Assembly: GCF_004010195.1 (NCBI RefSeq)
Contig: NC_057718.1
Coordinates: 16,952,268-17,016,267, forward strand
DNA: 64,000 bases
DNA from: Chiloscyllium plagiosum
Taxonomy: Eukaryota
Direction of reading: 5' to 3'
The notes under the pieces were generated by a model, which did not search any database, had not been told where the DNA came from, and saw only the letters and a list, made by a program, of their open reading frames with translations. Below are positions 13,560-26,744 of the stretch, in pieces. The position numbers and the translations under genes were made by a program. Within the stretch, counting starts at the first letter, position 1. Each line of letters starts with the position of its first letter.

Positions 13560-15488
13560 ATGCAAACATTAGTGAATCTGGTGTCTCAGTAAAAAGCACA
13601 TCAACCACATCAGAAACTGCATCAGCCAGTGCAGCAGAGAGAAAGAGACGAGCACTTCCCCAACTCCCAACAGAGGATAAAACGGCAGAGGGCCTGAAAT
13701 CAAAAGGTTCCCTTACTTTAAACCTATCAAAATCAAGACGTGAAGTCGATGAAAAACAAGACACTGAGCTTCCTGAAAAAGAAACTACCACTCCACCTCA
13801 TCAGAAAGACAAACAAAGGGAGCACACTAGCAGCATTTCTAAGACAGGCCGGTCAAAGAGCGGCTCTGCTATCAAAGCTGATAGTGCTGGTGATATTTGC
13901 AGTGAGACAATGAACAGCAAGGAAGGTGCAGTGTTTCAGTCCAGCAGCTGCACTCAATCTACTAAAGTGAAAGCTGAGACTATCAAGGGAATACCAGGTA
14001 CAAGACTGTCTTCACCTACAACTCAACAGCAGGGCCATAAAGAGAGTTTGTACCAACAGGGCTCTTCTAAAACAACAGCTACAAGTAAACCTTTGGTTAA
14101 CGCTGCTAGCCAAAGTGACAAAAGCAGAGAAGTGTCACCTAGGCAACTCGCCTCGCACAAAGCTGATGTACGGGAATGCAGGCAAACACCTGCCACAAGC
14201 ACTTTGGACAAAGCAGAGATGCAAATAGAAACAAAACAGAAGAAGTCGGAAGAGTCTGGCAGAAGACAGACTCCTAAAGGTGGGGATACAGAAAGAAAGG
14301 ATTCTCCCAGGCCTTTGGTCAGACAAGGAAGCTTCACCATAGAAAAGCCAAGTAGTAATGTACCTTTAGAGCTTATACCTCGGATTAGTAAGCAGTCTGG
14401 GTCACCAGGTGATGCATCTATAACCACACGGAGTAGAGAGAGAAGTAGTTCTAATGGGACAGAATCCACAGTTGACACTACAATTTTGTTAAAGGATACA
14501 GAATCAGTAATGGCTTTTCTCGAGGCAAAACTGAAGGATGAGAACAAGCTTGATGGTGGTGATGAAACCCCAAGCTATCACAGGGATGATTCCATTTCCC
14601 CTGAATCCGATGTTGACACTGCTAGTACCATTAGCTTAGTTAGTGGAGACGCAGAAAAGAAGTCTCTTCAAAAACGAAGAACTCTAAGTAACCTTCACAA
14701 GGAGAAGAGTTTCACAAAATCGCCTAAGGATTTGTCGAAGACATTTGCAACCAATGCTAAGGACAAGCTTGCAGACAAGAAAACTAAAGGTCGTGCTTCT
14801 GACCTTGGCATTAGATCTGAACCTCGCAGACCTGTACAGACCACTGGCAGAGCAAGACAAGCATCTTTTGACTTGACAGATGATGACCAAACATCAAGTT
14901 TTCCTCAGTCTACTATCTCCGATTTTCTTTCTTCAGATCAAGAGACCTATTCCAGCCGATCACAAGGGAGGACATCCTTTACATCCACAGATGAACTATT
15001 ACATTCCAAACTGGAGGGCAATAAATTATCCAAGTCAAAAACTGCTGCTATTAGTTCAGCTAGCAAATCAACTGCCTTGCCCAAGCCTCGGCCAACCAGG
15101 GCATCTATTTTACGTAGGGCACGCCTTGGCGATGTATCAGATACTGAACTGGCAGATGTTGATAAAGTTTCAGTAGTGTCTGAAGTATCCACAACCAGTT
15201 CAACTACATCGAAACCGCCCTCAGGCAGAAAAACACCCTCTAGATTAGACCTCCTTGCCCAACCACGACGTAACCGGCTGGGTTCTATATCGGCTCGTAG
15301 TGATTCTGAAGCAACTGTAACTAGAAGTGGTGTTAGTCGAAGTGGAGACTCTTCTGTTCGGAGTAACTTGCGTGGTACATCAACCATGGATAGCAAAGTT
15401 TCTCCTAGACTTCGTGCTAATAGTATTTCAAGAATGCCTGATTCTTCTAAAGTTAAAGTATCAATGGCAGGACACTGTTCTTCATCAG
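13560..15488 (+). CDS. CEP170: CEP170 large Ser/Thr/Arg-rich exon (1929 nt)
   Basis: Lies within ORF 13553-15640. Motifs ISESG, RRALPQLP, LVRQGSFTIEKPS, ISPESDVDTASTISLV, DLTDDDQTSS, PRPTRASILRRARLG and SRLDLLAQPRR. Acceptor ttgctAG, donor CAG|GTAAAC. Confidence 0.96.
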
Positions 15489-15938
15489 GTAAACTCCATG
15501 CAATTCTAATAAAAATGTTTGGCAATTGGTCAAATGGGAAAAGAAAACATCTATACATAGTTAAATTTCATTCAGTGTTATACTGTTTTAGTTTTTTTTC
15601 CACTGAGATTTCATTTTCAAAGCAAAAAGTCAATTTTTAATAAACATTGCAGAGAAGATGTTTTTATTTTGTATCATTTATTATTTTCCAACTTTTCTAG
15701 GATATTTAATTATTTAATGTAGCATAATTTGCATTTTGTATGCTATAATTATCTAAGTATTGTTTTATATTATTATGGTATTTAAGTAATTTGAGGTTCA
15801 TATTTGGCGATACTTTGTAATCATGCTTCCATGATCAAGCTGTACAGAGACATGTTTGTAACTCTTTTATTGAACATTCATTTTATTTCCTTTTGTACGT
15901 TTGTAGACAAAAATTGTCCTTGCTGCTTATATATTTAG

Positions 15939-16182
15939 TTGTTTTGCAAGGTCCACGATGGAGGCGCTTCCCTACAGATTATGCTTCAACTTCTGAAGAT
16001 GAATTTGGGTCGAATCGTAGTTCACCTAAGCATACCCGCCTACGCACCAGTACAGCACTGAGAAGCACTAAACCGCAGAACAGTAACGTTGCATCAACTA
16101 CCAATGTACTCCTGAAAAACAAAATGAAGGAACAGGATGACTACATAAGAGACTGGACTGCTCACAGTGAGGAAATTGCCAG
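15939..16182 (+). CDS. CEP170: CEP170 exon ([21 protein letters not shown]...[15 protein letters not shown]); acceptor either 15939 or 15951
   Basis: Strong motif match to CEP170. Donor AG|GTATCT, phase 2. Two in-frame AG acceptors. Confidence 0.93.
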
Positions 16183-16319
16183 GTATCTTTCAATATCAAA
16201 GTAGGTGTTCTGTGTTCTAATTTTATTGATAACCATTGTAATGTAATTGAGTTAATGTTATAATTTGGACTATATTCTATTCTTATTTCTGTAACTATTA
16301 ATTAATCAGTAACAATGGG

Positions 16320-16440
16320 CTGAAAGGAGTTCTTGTGGAGCTGTAGTACTACCATTACTACATTCTGAGCCAGGAAGCCTGGGTTCAAATCCCACTGCTC
16401 CAGAGGTATATACTAATAACTCTGAAGAAGTTGACTGGGG
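16320..16440 (+). repeat. tRNA-derived SINE head fragment
   Basis: B-box-like gggttcaaatccc preceded by ctgagccaggaagcct. Confidence 0.45.
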
Positions 16441-18642
16441 AAGTGGGAATCTAATGGGTTCAGTTCCAATCATCATCTTTTTGGCCTTTTTTAATCAATC
16501 CAAGTTAGGCTTGACTATGGATAGTGACCTCCAACTGGTGCCTTAGCTACTTCGTCATTTTATGCTACTGTATGTAACTAGCTGAGCAAATTGAGCCCTG
16601 CCACAGTTGAAGTGCACCTTTGATCCAGATAATTGATAGATTAGTATTAGATCCAAGGAAGGGACAAACAAATTGGCTACAAACAAAAACAGCAGACCAG
16701 AGGATTGGTAGCAGTTTCGATTACAGGAAAGAGACATTCATTACTAGGGGAACAATAGAACAGGAGTAAGTTTGTGGGGAACATACCTATATTAAAATCT
16801 TCTAAAATCAGTTTGTATGTGAAGAGAAAAATATTATTGAAGACAAATGGAAGTCCATTTCCGTCAGAAACTGGGAAAGTTATAATGGGAGTCAGAGTTG
16901 GTAGGCAAATTAACTACATATTTTGGTTCTGTCTTCACAAATAAGGACATAAATAACATCCCAAGAATGTTGGAGAACACGGTCTAGTGAGAGGAGAGGA
17001 CTAAAGGAAATTAGTATAAGTAAGAAAATGGTTTGGGGGAAATTGATAGGATCAAAGTATTTTAAAATGCCAAGGCCTGATGATCATCATCCCAGAGGAA
17101 GACTTTAATGAAGTGCCCTTAGAAATGCTGAATGCATTGGTGGCCATCGTCCAAGATTCTGTTGACTCAAACCGCTCCAGTGGATTGGATGATAGCTAGT
17201 GTAACCCCACTATTTAAAAAAGGTAGAGCGATAAAGGAAGGTAGAGGGAATTAAAAAATGAATGACATTAGAGGGAAAATGCTAGAGTTCATTATAGTAG
17301 AGCTCTTAGAAAACAGTGACAAGATCAGAAAGTCAGCATGGATTTAAAGGAAACAAATGTTTGACAAATATGCTGAAATTTTCTGAGGATCTTCTAACCT
17401 GTAGAGTTGATTGGAGAAGGGGAGAAGGTGGATATGGTTTATTTTTACTTTTAGAAGGTTTTTCACATTCTACAGGACTAGGATGTAAAATTAAACATGG
17501 AATTGGAGGTAGTGTACTGACATGGACAGAGAACTGGTTGGCAGACAGGAAACAAAGAACAGGAATAAACAGGTCATTTCCTGAGTGGCAGACACTGACT
17601 TGTGGGTTATTGCTGGGATCAGTGCTTGGACCTCACCTATTCACAGCATAAATTTAGTTCCCTTATCTAAATCATTAATAAGTTTGCAGAAGAGATAAAA
17701 CTGGGTAGGAGAATATACTGTGAGAAGGATGCAGAGATAATTTTGACCAGTTAAGATATGTTGAGAGGGTGGGCAAATGCAAAGGCAGTTGAAATATTAT
17801 GTGGGTAAATGCAAGGTTATCCACTTAAGTAGCAAATACTGAAAGGCAGATTCTTAACTCAACGTCATTAGATTAGGAAAGGGGGCATTTCATTCAGACC
17901 TGGATGTCCTTGTATACCAGTTGCTGAAAGTAAGTGTGCAGATGCAGCAGGAAGTGAAGATGATAAATGATATATTGGCCTTTGTAGTGAGAGGATTTGT
18001 ACGAAGGAGCAGGGATGATTTGCTGCAATTGTACAGAGCATTGATAAGAATTGTAGAAAAAGTTAAGGTTGGGGTGGGAGTGCCCAGCCAAAGTTATGAA
18101 ATTTCAAGAATAAGTAAAAAGACAAGTGTACAGAAAAGTTCAGGCACCCAACTTCGAGCACAGCAGATAAGGAGACAACTATAGAAGGGGGCAGGCAAAG
18201 CAGGAACTTTATAATGTGGGTATCATAGAGATGTGGCTGCAAGGGGATCAGGGCTTGAAACTAAATATCCAAAGAAATGTATTCTATTGAAAGGGCAGGC
18301 AGAGAGGACAAGGTTGCGTTGTTAATAAGTAATGAAATTAAATCCATAGCAAGAAGTGGTATAGGGTCAGAAGGTGTAGAATTTGTGTGGGTAGAGTTGA
18401 AGAACCACAAAGGGAAAAAGGACTCTGATTAGAGTTATGTACAGACCTCCTGGCAGTAGTTAGGATTTTGGGGAGAAAATAAATCAGGATCTTTAAGTAC
18501 TTTTTCTGTTACAATAATCATAGGGACTTCATTTATGCAGATGGACTGGGAAAATCAGGTTGGTAGTGGATTGCGCGAAGAGGAATTTGTAGAATGTCAC
18601 GATTTTCTTTGGGACTACTGTGGTAGACTCCATTAGGGAGCA

Positions 18643-18981
18643 TCCGACGAGCAGCAAAATGGACGTTTCGGGCAAAAGCCCTTCATCTGGAATAAAGGCA
18701 GAGAGCCTGAAGCGTGGAGAGATAAGCTAGAGGAGGGTAGGGGTGGGGAGAAAGTAGCTCCTCCTCCACTCACCTATTGTACTCTATGCTACTTTCTCCC
18801 CACCCTCACCCTCCTCTAGTTTATCTCTCCACCTTTCAGGCTCTCTGCCTTTATTCCTGATGAAGGGCTTTTGCCCGAAACGTCGATTTTGCTGCTCGTC
18901 GGATGCTGCCTGAATTGCTGTGCTCTTCCAGCACCACTGATCCAGAATCTGGTTTCCAGTATCTGCAGTCATTGTTTTTAC
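18643..18981 (+). mobile_element. Penelope-derived fold-back insertion with 15-bp TSD and intact sense-strand hammerhead core
   Basis: TSD ctccattagggagca at 18628-18642 and 18982-18996. Inverted arms about 18639-18758 and 18788-18907. Core at 18857-18884. Confidence 0.85.
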
Positions 18982-19144
18982 CTCCATTAGGGAGCAGGCA
19001 ATTCACGAGTTGGGGATGTGTAATGAGGAAGACTTGATTAGGGAGCTTAATTTGAAGGATCCCCTGAGAGGCAGTGCCCATAATATGGTAGAATTCATTC
19101 TGCAGTTAGAGAGGGAGAAGCTTGACTAGACATAATATTATAAT

Positions 19145-19490
19145 TCTGGATTAGAGGTGCTGGAAGAGCACAGCAGTTCAGGCAGCATCCAAGGAGCAGT
19201 AAAATCAACGTTTCGGGCAAAAGCCCTTCATCAGGAATAAAGGCAGAGAGCCTGAAAGGTGGAGAGATAAGCTAGAGGAGGGTGAGGGTGGGGAGAAAGT
19301 AGCATAGAGTACAATAGGTGAGTGGAGGAGGTGATCGGTCAGGGAGGAGGGTGGAGTGGATAGGTGGAAAAGAAGATAAGCAGGTAGGACAAGTCATGGG
19401 TCAGTGCTGAACTGGAAATTTGGAACTAGGGTGAGGTGGGGAAGGGGCAATGAGGAAACTGTTGAAGTCCACTGATGTCCTGGGGTTGAA
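19145..19490 (-). mobile_element. Penelope-like 3' terminal fragment with intact hammerhead core
   Basis: Minus strand 19234-19207 reads CTGATGAAGGGCTTTTGCCCGAAACGTT. Extends to the reverse complement of ..caacccca..gtggacttca.., as at 48445-48475. Confidence 0.8.
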
Positions 19491-22400
19491 TCATTGCACG
19501 TAGGGAGAGTCCCAGAGAATCGGAAAATGGCTAATAGAACATGCCTTTTTAAGGAGGGAGAGAGAGGTAGAAGACAGGAAATTATAGGCCAGTTAGCCTG
19601 ACCTCAGTCGATTGTAAGATTTTAGAGTCCATTATTAAGAATAAGATTACGGAATACTTGGAAGTGATTGTTGTTACAATTTTAGAGAATCTGTTGTTAA
19701 GGATATAGTAAAATGAGGCTAAATCAGCACAGCTGCATCAAGAGATGGCCATGCCTGGTAAATCTGTTAGAATTCTTTAAGTAGATAACAAACAAGTTCG
19801 ACAAAGAAGAGTCAATGGACATGATTTATTCGGATTTCCGAAAGACCTTTAACAAGTTGATGCACAGAAAGGTGTGCATAAAATAAGAGCCAATGGTGTT
19901 AGGGAGATGGATAGAGGATTGGCTGACTAGCAAAAGGCAGCGAATGTAATAAAGAGGTCTTTTTCACAGATGGCAACTGATAACCAGTGGAGTTATGCAG
20001 GGTTGTTAATGTAATACAATCTGGGCAAAGGAGCCAGATTGTTGCAAAGTTTGTATATGATGCAAAAATAAGTGGAAGGACGTAGTGTTGAGGAATGGAC
20101 AGGCTCGGGAAGTGGGCAAAGATGTGGCAGATGGAATACAATGTGGGAAAGTGAAAGGTTATGTATGCTGATAGGGAGAGTAGAGATATAGACTATTGTC
20201 TAAATGGGGAAAGGCTTTGGGAATCTGAAGCAAAAAGGGACTTGAATTATAGTTCAGGATTCTCTGAAGATTAACATGCAGGTGCATTTGGCAGTTAGGA
20301 AGGCAAATGCAATGTTCACATTAATTTCAAGAGGGCTAGAATACAAGACCAAAGATGTACTGCTGAGACTGTATAAGGCTCTGATTAGACCATATTTGGA
20401 ATATCGTGACCAGTTTTGGCCCCGTACCTAAAGACATGCTGATATTGGAGGGGGTCCTGAGTATCAAGAATCCTCGAGATGAAGGGCTTGTCATGTGAGG
20501 GCACTGGGTATGTACTTGATGAAATTTAGAAAGATAAGGGGTCTCTCTGAAATTAACAGAATAACTGAGAAGCCTAGATAGAGTGGACATGGAGATGATA
20601 TTTCCACTAGTAAGAGAAACAAAGACCTGATGGGATGAAGGGATTAACCTTTTGGAACTGAACTGAGAAGAAATTTCTTCAGCCGGAGGGTGGTGAATCT
20701 GTGGACCATTGCAGCAGAAGGCTGTGAAGGTCAAGTTATAGAGTCTGTTTAAGACAGAGAGAGGTTCCTGATTAATAAGGGGATCAAGGGTTTCGAGGAA
20801 AGGACAGGACAATAGGGTTTAGAAACATATCAGCCATGGATAATGGAACAGACCCAATGGGCCAAATGGCCTAATTCTGCTCCTATATTTTAATGTTAGG
20901 ACTATATTCACTGGATATTAAAAGAATTAGGAAGACATCATATAAAATTCTAATAGGACGACACAGAAAGGATGTTCCCAAGTCAAGGAGTCCTTAACTG
21001 GGGTAAAGTCTCTGGATATGGGGTGAGCTACTTGATTGGCTGAAATGAGGAGAAATGTCTTCAACCAGAAAGTGGTGAATCTGTGGAGTTCTCTGCTACA
21101 GTAAGCAGTTGAGGCCAAAACATTAAATGTTTTCTGGAAAACATTAAATATAATTCTTAGGGTACAAAGCAAAGGCTGAAACTGGGGTCTGAGTTGGGTA
21201 ATCAACTATGATCATATTGAATGGCAGAGCCATTCCCAAAGCCAGTTAACTGCGACTGGAATACAGATAACCAAGGTAAAATTTAAATGATTAAATTTGG
21301 CAGTGCTTTTTTTGCTAGATACGTATCTTAAGAACAATAACAGTTATTCATCGAGCTAACTTCAATGTAAAGTTATGCATATTATAAATTTAGATTCGCA
21401 GCTTAGCTTTTAAAATTACAAATTTATATGTTGTGTAAATTTGAAGTCTGTTTCATAAAAGTTATAATATCTTTTGTAAATGAAATATAAAAAAGATCAA
21501 AATATCTTTCCCATATGTGCATTCTACCAGCCTTAGAAATTTTTATTACTCTTTAGATGCCAACATTTCCTGCAAACTGTTCAGCAATTGTGCTTGAGTC
21601 GTTCAGAAGATGCTATTGTATGATTGCTCAATGTGTTCCTGTTGAATTTAAATATTGACAAAAACAAAGATCTGTTGCTGAGGGTGCCGACTTGACAAGC
21701 TTTGACAACATCTCTCTCTCGCTCGCTCCCCCTCTCTCCACCCCCAACTGAGTTACTCTCTCCAAGTCATGGAGAGATTAACTTTTCAAGTTCTATAATT
21801 CATTGTTTTCCTATATGCTTTGAAAATTACATCATTGGCTCCTTTGAAGGGAATGTTGGTGACTCATGAAAGCAAGGAAGAAAAAGTAGCAACTATACAT
21901 TATTGGTTTATTAAAATTTGCCTAAATGACGTTATTAGAATGCTGATTTTATTTTTGTCCTTCTGCATGTCTAATCCTAATCTTGGAACGTTAAAGGCTC
22001 TTACATAATTGTTTTAACATGAGTAGTCCTCATTTTATGTAGCTGTACTCATATTATTTCATTTTATAGTTATTTATTTCATGGTATCTGTTTTTAAGTA
22101 TTGTCATCATTTTCGTTTTGGTTCATTTGTATATGTGATCATCACTGATTGATTGCTATTGCACATCAACATTCAATACTGCACTGTCTGCATTCCAGGC
22201 AGCCTGTTCCTTTTGCCGTGACTGTTGACAAGGGATCTCTCCTCTTTCTTGGCATTGCTTCCTGGCCTTGTCTCCCAACTTGCTCCATCCTGAACTTGTC
22301 TCACCCCAGGCTTGCTTCTCGGCCTCTTGTTTTCCTGCCTTGCCTCCCTTCCCCTTGGCTTTGTCTCCCAACTTGCTGCACCTCAGCCCGGTCTCCCACC

Positions 22401-23241
22401 GAACCCTTTCACTGCCTTGTATGTTGTTAACTTTTGGCTCTCGGTCTTGCCTTTGCTGTCTCCGTTTCTAGATCCTTGTTTCACTGCTGAATGCAAATTG
22501 AGGCCCTGGGCTCCATCTAGTGACAAAAGACAGTCAGTGCAGACTGCCATGGGTGTCCAGCTTTACTGACCAATTGCTACCACTAGATAGTGCTTGTCAT
22601 CTAACAGTACTCCTTTTTACTCCTTTTTTAAAATCTAATTTATTTTAAGCTGTTTAATTCAGCAATGTAAAGTACAGGAAGAACTCTGTTTCAGTTTCAA
22701 GGGCACAGGTATAATATTTTAATTATTTCCTCTCTGATGTAGAAGGCCCTATGGAACCTCATTCCTACTTAAATATTGATTTCTGTGCAAATTAATGCTT
22801 TAATTAGAGGTGCAACTTTCAGAAAGCCAATCCTGACTTTAGGTGAGATCACCTTTTTTCATTATCACATGGCACCTTCTATACTGAAACAACCAGCGAT
22901 GTTGTAACATGTTTGTGTTGAATTTTTTATCCTAACAGTCTGTTGAGTGTAAAATCTATAAAAGTAATATGTTATTATGTACTGCATATGGTAGGTGGTG
23001 AACCTTCTTGAATTAATAATGTAATTTGGGTGCTGAGTGGTTTGAAAAGCCACTTCAGAGGACACTTGAATCAATGCATCTAGAATCAAACACAGGCTAG
23101 ACTGAGAAGGACAACAAGTTTCACTTCATGTTTGTGCAACAACAGCTAGATGGTTATTTTTGATATTTTTTAAACTAGATTCAAATTCAAATGACAAATG
23201 AAGTTACTGTGTGCATTATTATCTGGCTTCTGGGTTATTAG

Positions 23242-23448
23242 GCAAAAGTGAGGACAGCAAATGCTGGAAACCAGAGTTTAGATCAGAGTGGTGCTGGAAA
23301 AGCATTGCAGGTCAGGCAGCATCCGAGAAGCAGGAAAATTGCCGTTCGTGGTAAAAGCCCTTCATCAGGAATCATTGATTTGTCAATTTTCCTACTCCTC
23401 CGATGCTGCCTGACTTGCTGTGCTTTTCCAGCACCCCTCTGATCTAAA
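23242..23448. mobile_element. Penelope-derived fold-back insertion with 14-bp TSD
   Basis: TSD ttctgggttattag at 23228-23241 and 23449-23462; internal inverted arms. Confidence 0.8.
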
Positions 23449-23794
23449 TTCTGGGTTATTAGTCCATATGATCCTTGGATCAATTGAAAACAGCTCCAGT
23501 TATATTTCACTCCAAATTAATTATGAAGGTTATTAAGAGGCAGGACCAAAATACTGGAAATCATCTAGTAATTCATCTTTGCTTCGAAATTGACACTTCT
23601 ACTAGATTTAGTGGATTGATATTATTCTAAAACTGTCTTTAACTTCAGGTATAACCCTGATGACTTCGCCCTCTAGAAGCCTCGAACTTTACAGGGATGT
23701 AAAATGAGGTTGCAGTATTCCAGTCAAAAGAAATTGAATCTATATTAATAAAGTCTCTAATTGACTATACAGTTCCACAGCTAATAACTAGGGC

Positions 23795-24293
23795 TAGAAG
23801 AAACTGCAGATACTGGAGATCAGAGTCAAAAGCTGTAGAGCTGGAAAAGCACAGCTGATCAGGCAGCATCTGAGGAGCAGGAGAGTTGACATTTTGAGCA
23901 CTTCATCAGGAATATGGGGTATGGGGGCTGAGATAAATGGGGGGAGGTCTGAGGGGAAGGTAGCTAAGAATGCAATAGGTGAGTGAAGTTGGCAAGGGGG
24001 TGATGGTGATAGGTTGGAGTGGAGGGTAGAGCGGATAGGTGGGAAGGAAGATGGATAGGTAATCCTTCCCACCTACCCGCTCCACCCTCCACTCCAACCT
24101 ATCACCATTACCCCTACCTTCATCCAATTATCACATTTCTAGCTACCTTCCCACTCCCACTTATCTCTCAGCTCTTTCCCCCACCCCCATCCCCACCTCG
24201 CCCCCGATGAAGAGCTTATGCTCAATGTCGACTCTCCTACTCCTTAGATACTGCCTGACCAGTTGTGATTTTCCAGTGCCACACTTTTTGACT
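23795..24293. mobile_element. Penelope-derived fold-back insertion with ~230-bp arms
   Basis: Purine-rich left arm and pyrimidine-rich right arm are reverse complements; imperfect TSD ctaataactagg/ctaatggctagg. Confidence 0.7.
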
Positions 24294-24449
24294 CTAATGG
24301 CTAGGTCTGCTCACAGGTGGACATGGTGTCAGCATTCTGCCGCCAGAAGCTCCTAGTTAATTTTCCAGAATTTTATAGCTGTGCTCTTAAATGGCACATC
24401 AGTGCTTTGGTAATGAAGGTCCTTGATTTTGCCTACATCTATCCAAAGA

Positions 24450-25876
24450 CTCCCACATAATTTGGGAGGAAGCCATCTGTTGATTAGCCCAGGAACTCTG
24501 GTTGCTGGACAAATATGTTTGCCCCACCTGAAATCTGCAAAGGGAATGTCCACTCATCCTGATGATGTATTCTGACACAACATAATGCAGAAAGTTATGG
24601 GCCCTGATATCTTTCCAGCAATAATATTGCAGACATGAGCTCCAGTGCGAGCTGTGTCTCTGGTCAGGCTGTTCTATTTCAGCTTTCATATTAGCATCTA
24701 CCCAAAATGTGGAAAACTGCCCAGGTCTGTTCTGTGCTCAAAATGCAGAATAAATCCAACCTGAATAATGACCTCACCATCTGTCTATTCATGATCATCA
24801 GTAAACTGATCGAAGGCATAATTGCAAATGAATAACCTGCTTACTCACATTCACTTTGGGTTCTGCTAAGACCACTGAGCTCCTGACCTCAGTACAGCCT
24901 TGCTTCAAAAGTGGATGAAAAAAATAAACTCCAGAGGTAAGTTGAGAGTAACAGCCCTTGACATCAAAGAGCCCATAAAAACTGAAATCAGCAAGAAGAC
25001 TCTTGGTTGGATTCATACCTATCACACAAGAAGTTGTCAAAGGCCAAACACCTCCGCCCCAGGACATCACTATGGATATGCTTCACAATTGTGTTCTAAG
25101 CCTAACCATCAGCTGCTTCATCAATGACCTTTTCGCCATCTTGTGTCAAAAGTGGCGATTCTGTTGTGAGTATCATACCATCTGTCTCTCCAATGTCTGT
25201 CCACCATGTGCAAAGCCCCAAGCAGGAATGTGATGGAATAGTTTATTTGCCTGGATGAGTGCAACTCCAACAACACACACAGCTCACCAGCATCCAAGTA
25301 AAAGTAGTCTGCTTGATTGGCACTCCATCCATCACCTTCAACACTATCATCTTCATCATTACACTTGTCAGGAATGTGTACCCTCTACAACATGCACTGC
25401 CATCACTCAAGGTTTGCCCAATAACACCTTCCAAACCTGCAATCTCTACCACCTAAAAGGAGAATACAACAGATGTGTAGAAACACCACCACCAACAAGC
25501 TTACTTCCAAGCCCCACACTTGCCTAAATTAGATCTACCTCACCATTCATTAACTCTCGCTGGGTCAATATCCAGGACTCCTCTCCTAACAACACTGAGT
25601 GTCTCTATCGTTCGAAAACTGCAGTGATTCAAGAAGGCCAAAAATTGCAAGATACTAGGTTATAGTCCAACAGAGATTTATTTGACTGTTGAACTAAACA
25701 TGGTGTTGTGGTTTTTGACCTTGTCCAACCCAATCCAATACCAGCACCTCAACATTGTGATTCAAGAAGGCTTCAGTTTAAGTTCCGCCTGTTTCAGAGG
25801 TGGAAAGCTGTTAACCACCATCCTCTCCAGGGCGATTAGGGATGAGTAATAAATGCTGGCCTAGTTTATGATGTCC
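24450..25876 (+). mobile_element. Decayed L2/CR1-group LINE 3' portion
   Basis: RVTALDIK and ISCFINDL RT remnants; tail gggatgagtaataaatgctggcc...ccacatcccattaatgaataaa. Confidence 0.6.
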
Positions 25877-26584
25877 ACATCCCATTAATGAATAAATAGG
25901 TTTTTCTTTAAAAAGAATTCCTAACTTTGATGAGATGATTAAGGCAGCTGAGGCTATAGTTATTGGCGTTCAGAGAAACCTGTACTTAAAAAATTGACAC
26001 TAATTTTATGCATTTGTCTACCAACTTGCCGCAAGTCCATCATTTCAATCTGTTGCTTTGAATCTGCACTCGGAAATGTGACATCCAGGTTTGGCTAACA
26101 AATAACACTTAAACAGGTTAATTGATACTTTCTGCGTCAAATATTCCCATTGTTTGAAAGATGTTCAACTTCTAAATTAAAGCTTAATCTCAACCTTTCT
26201 TCTTGGCTTTGTCATTTTAAAAGCTCAGAATTCTGTCTTGCTGATTGATTTATTTCTTTAATTTCAACATAAGGATTTCGAGAATCAAAATGGGAGTTTT
26301 CAAAAGATCCCCTAACTAGAGTAGCAGTTCCTAATTATAAGTGGAGCTTCAATTTCTTTCAAAGATTTGATGAGACTGAGTACTTGACCTGTAATATTTG
26401 CATTACATAAATAAGGCAGACACTGGAAACAGCCCTGGGTTGCCCTATTTTCAGTAGCATTTCTTTTGAAGGTTAACTGGATTATGTTTCTTTTTAAAAG
26501 TCAGCTATTACAGGACAAATGCTTATAATCTTTGTAATGGGTAATTCTTCAGGATTTGGTGTGCATTTCTTTTCTCATGATCAG

Positions 26585-26744
26585 GATCAGTCAAGATCTG
26601 GCCAAGGATCTGGCCATCCTTGCACGTGAAATCCATGATGTGGCAGGTGAGATAGATTCTGTGAGTTCGTCGGGCACTGCCCCTAGTACCACAGTAAGCA
26701 CTGCTGCCACCACCCCTGGTTCAACCATTGACACAAGGGAAGAG
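26585..26744 (+). CDS. CEP170: CEP170 exon ([53 protein letters not shown])
   Basis: Acceptor atcAG, phase 2, matching the previous exon. Donor GAG|GTAGGA, with alternatives after 26693 and 26774. Confidence 0.95.

Larger units (their letters stand above)
16790..21230 (+). mobile_element. Nested decayed CR1 LINEs: outer copy 16790-18040 plus 20895-21230, inner copy about 18040-20890
   Basis: SQHGF..KCLTNML, WTENWLADRKQR and GSVLGPHLF in the outer copy. The inner copy has endonuclease-like sequence (18230-18600), NYRPVSLTS (19580) and a CR1 3' end (ggccaaatggcctaattctgctcctata). Confidence 0.75.

Noticed and set aside
14023..15558. Long antisense ORFs (174 aa and 203 aa)
   Set aside because: They are shadows of the large CEP170 exon with no recognisable domain
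13553..15640. 695-aa ORF as a single-exon gene
   Set aside because: Splice sites at 13560 and 15488 join flanking CEP170 exons in phase; the ORF ends are intronic read-through
22200..22470. Overlapping ORFs in a pyrimidine-rich region with short repeats (ttgtctcccaacttgct twice)
   Set aside because: Low-complexity sequence with no homology or splice support
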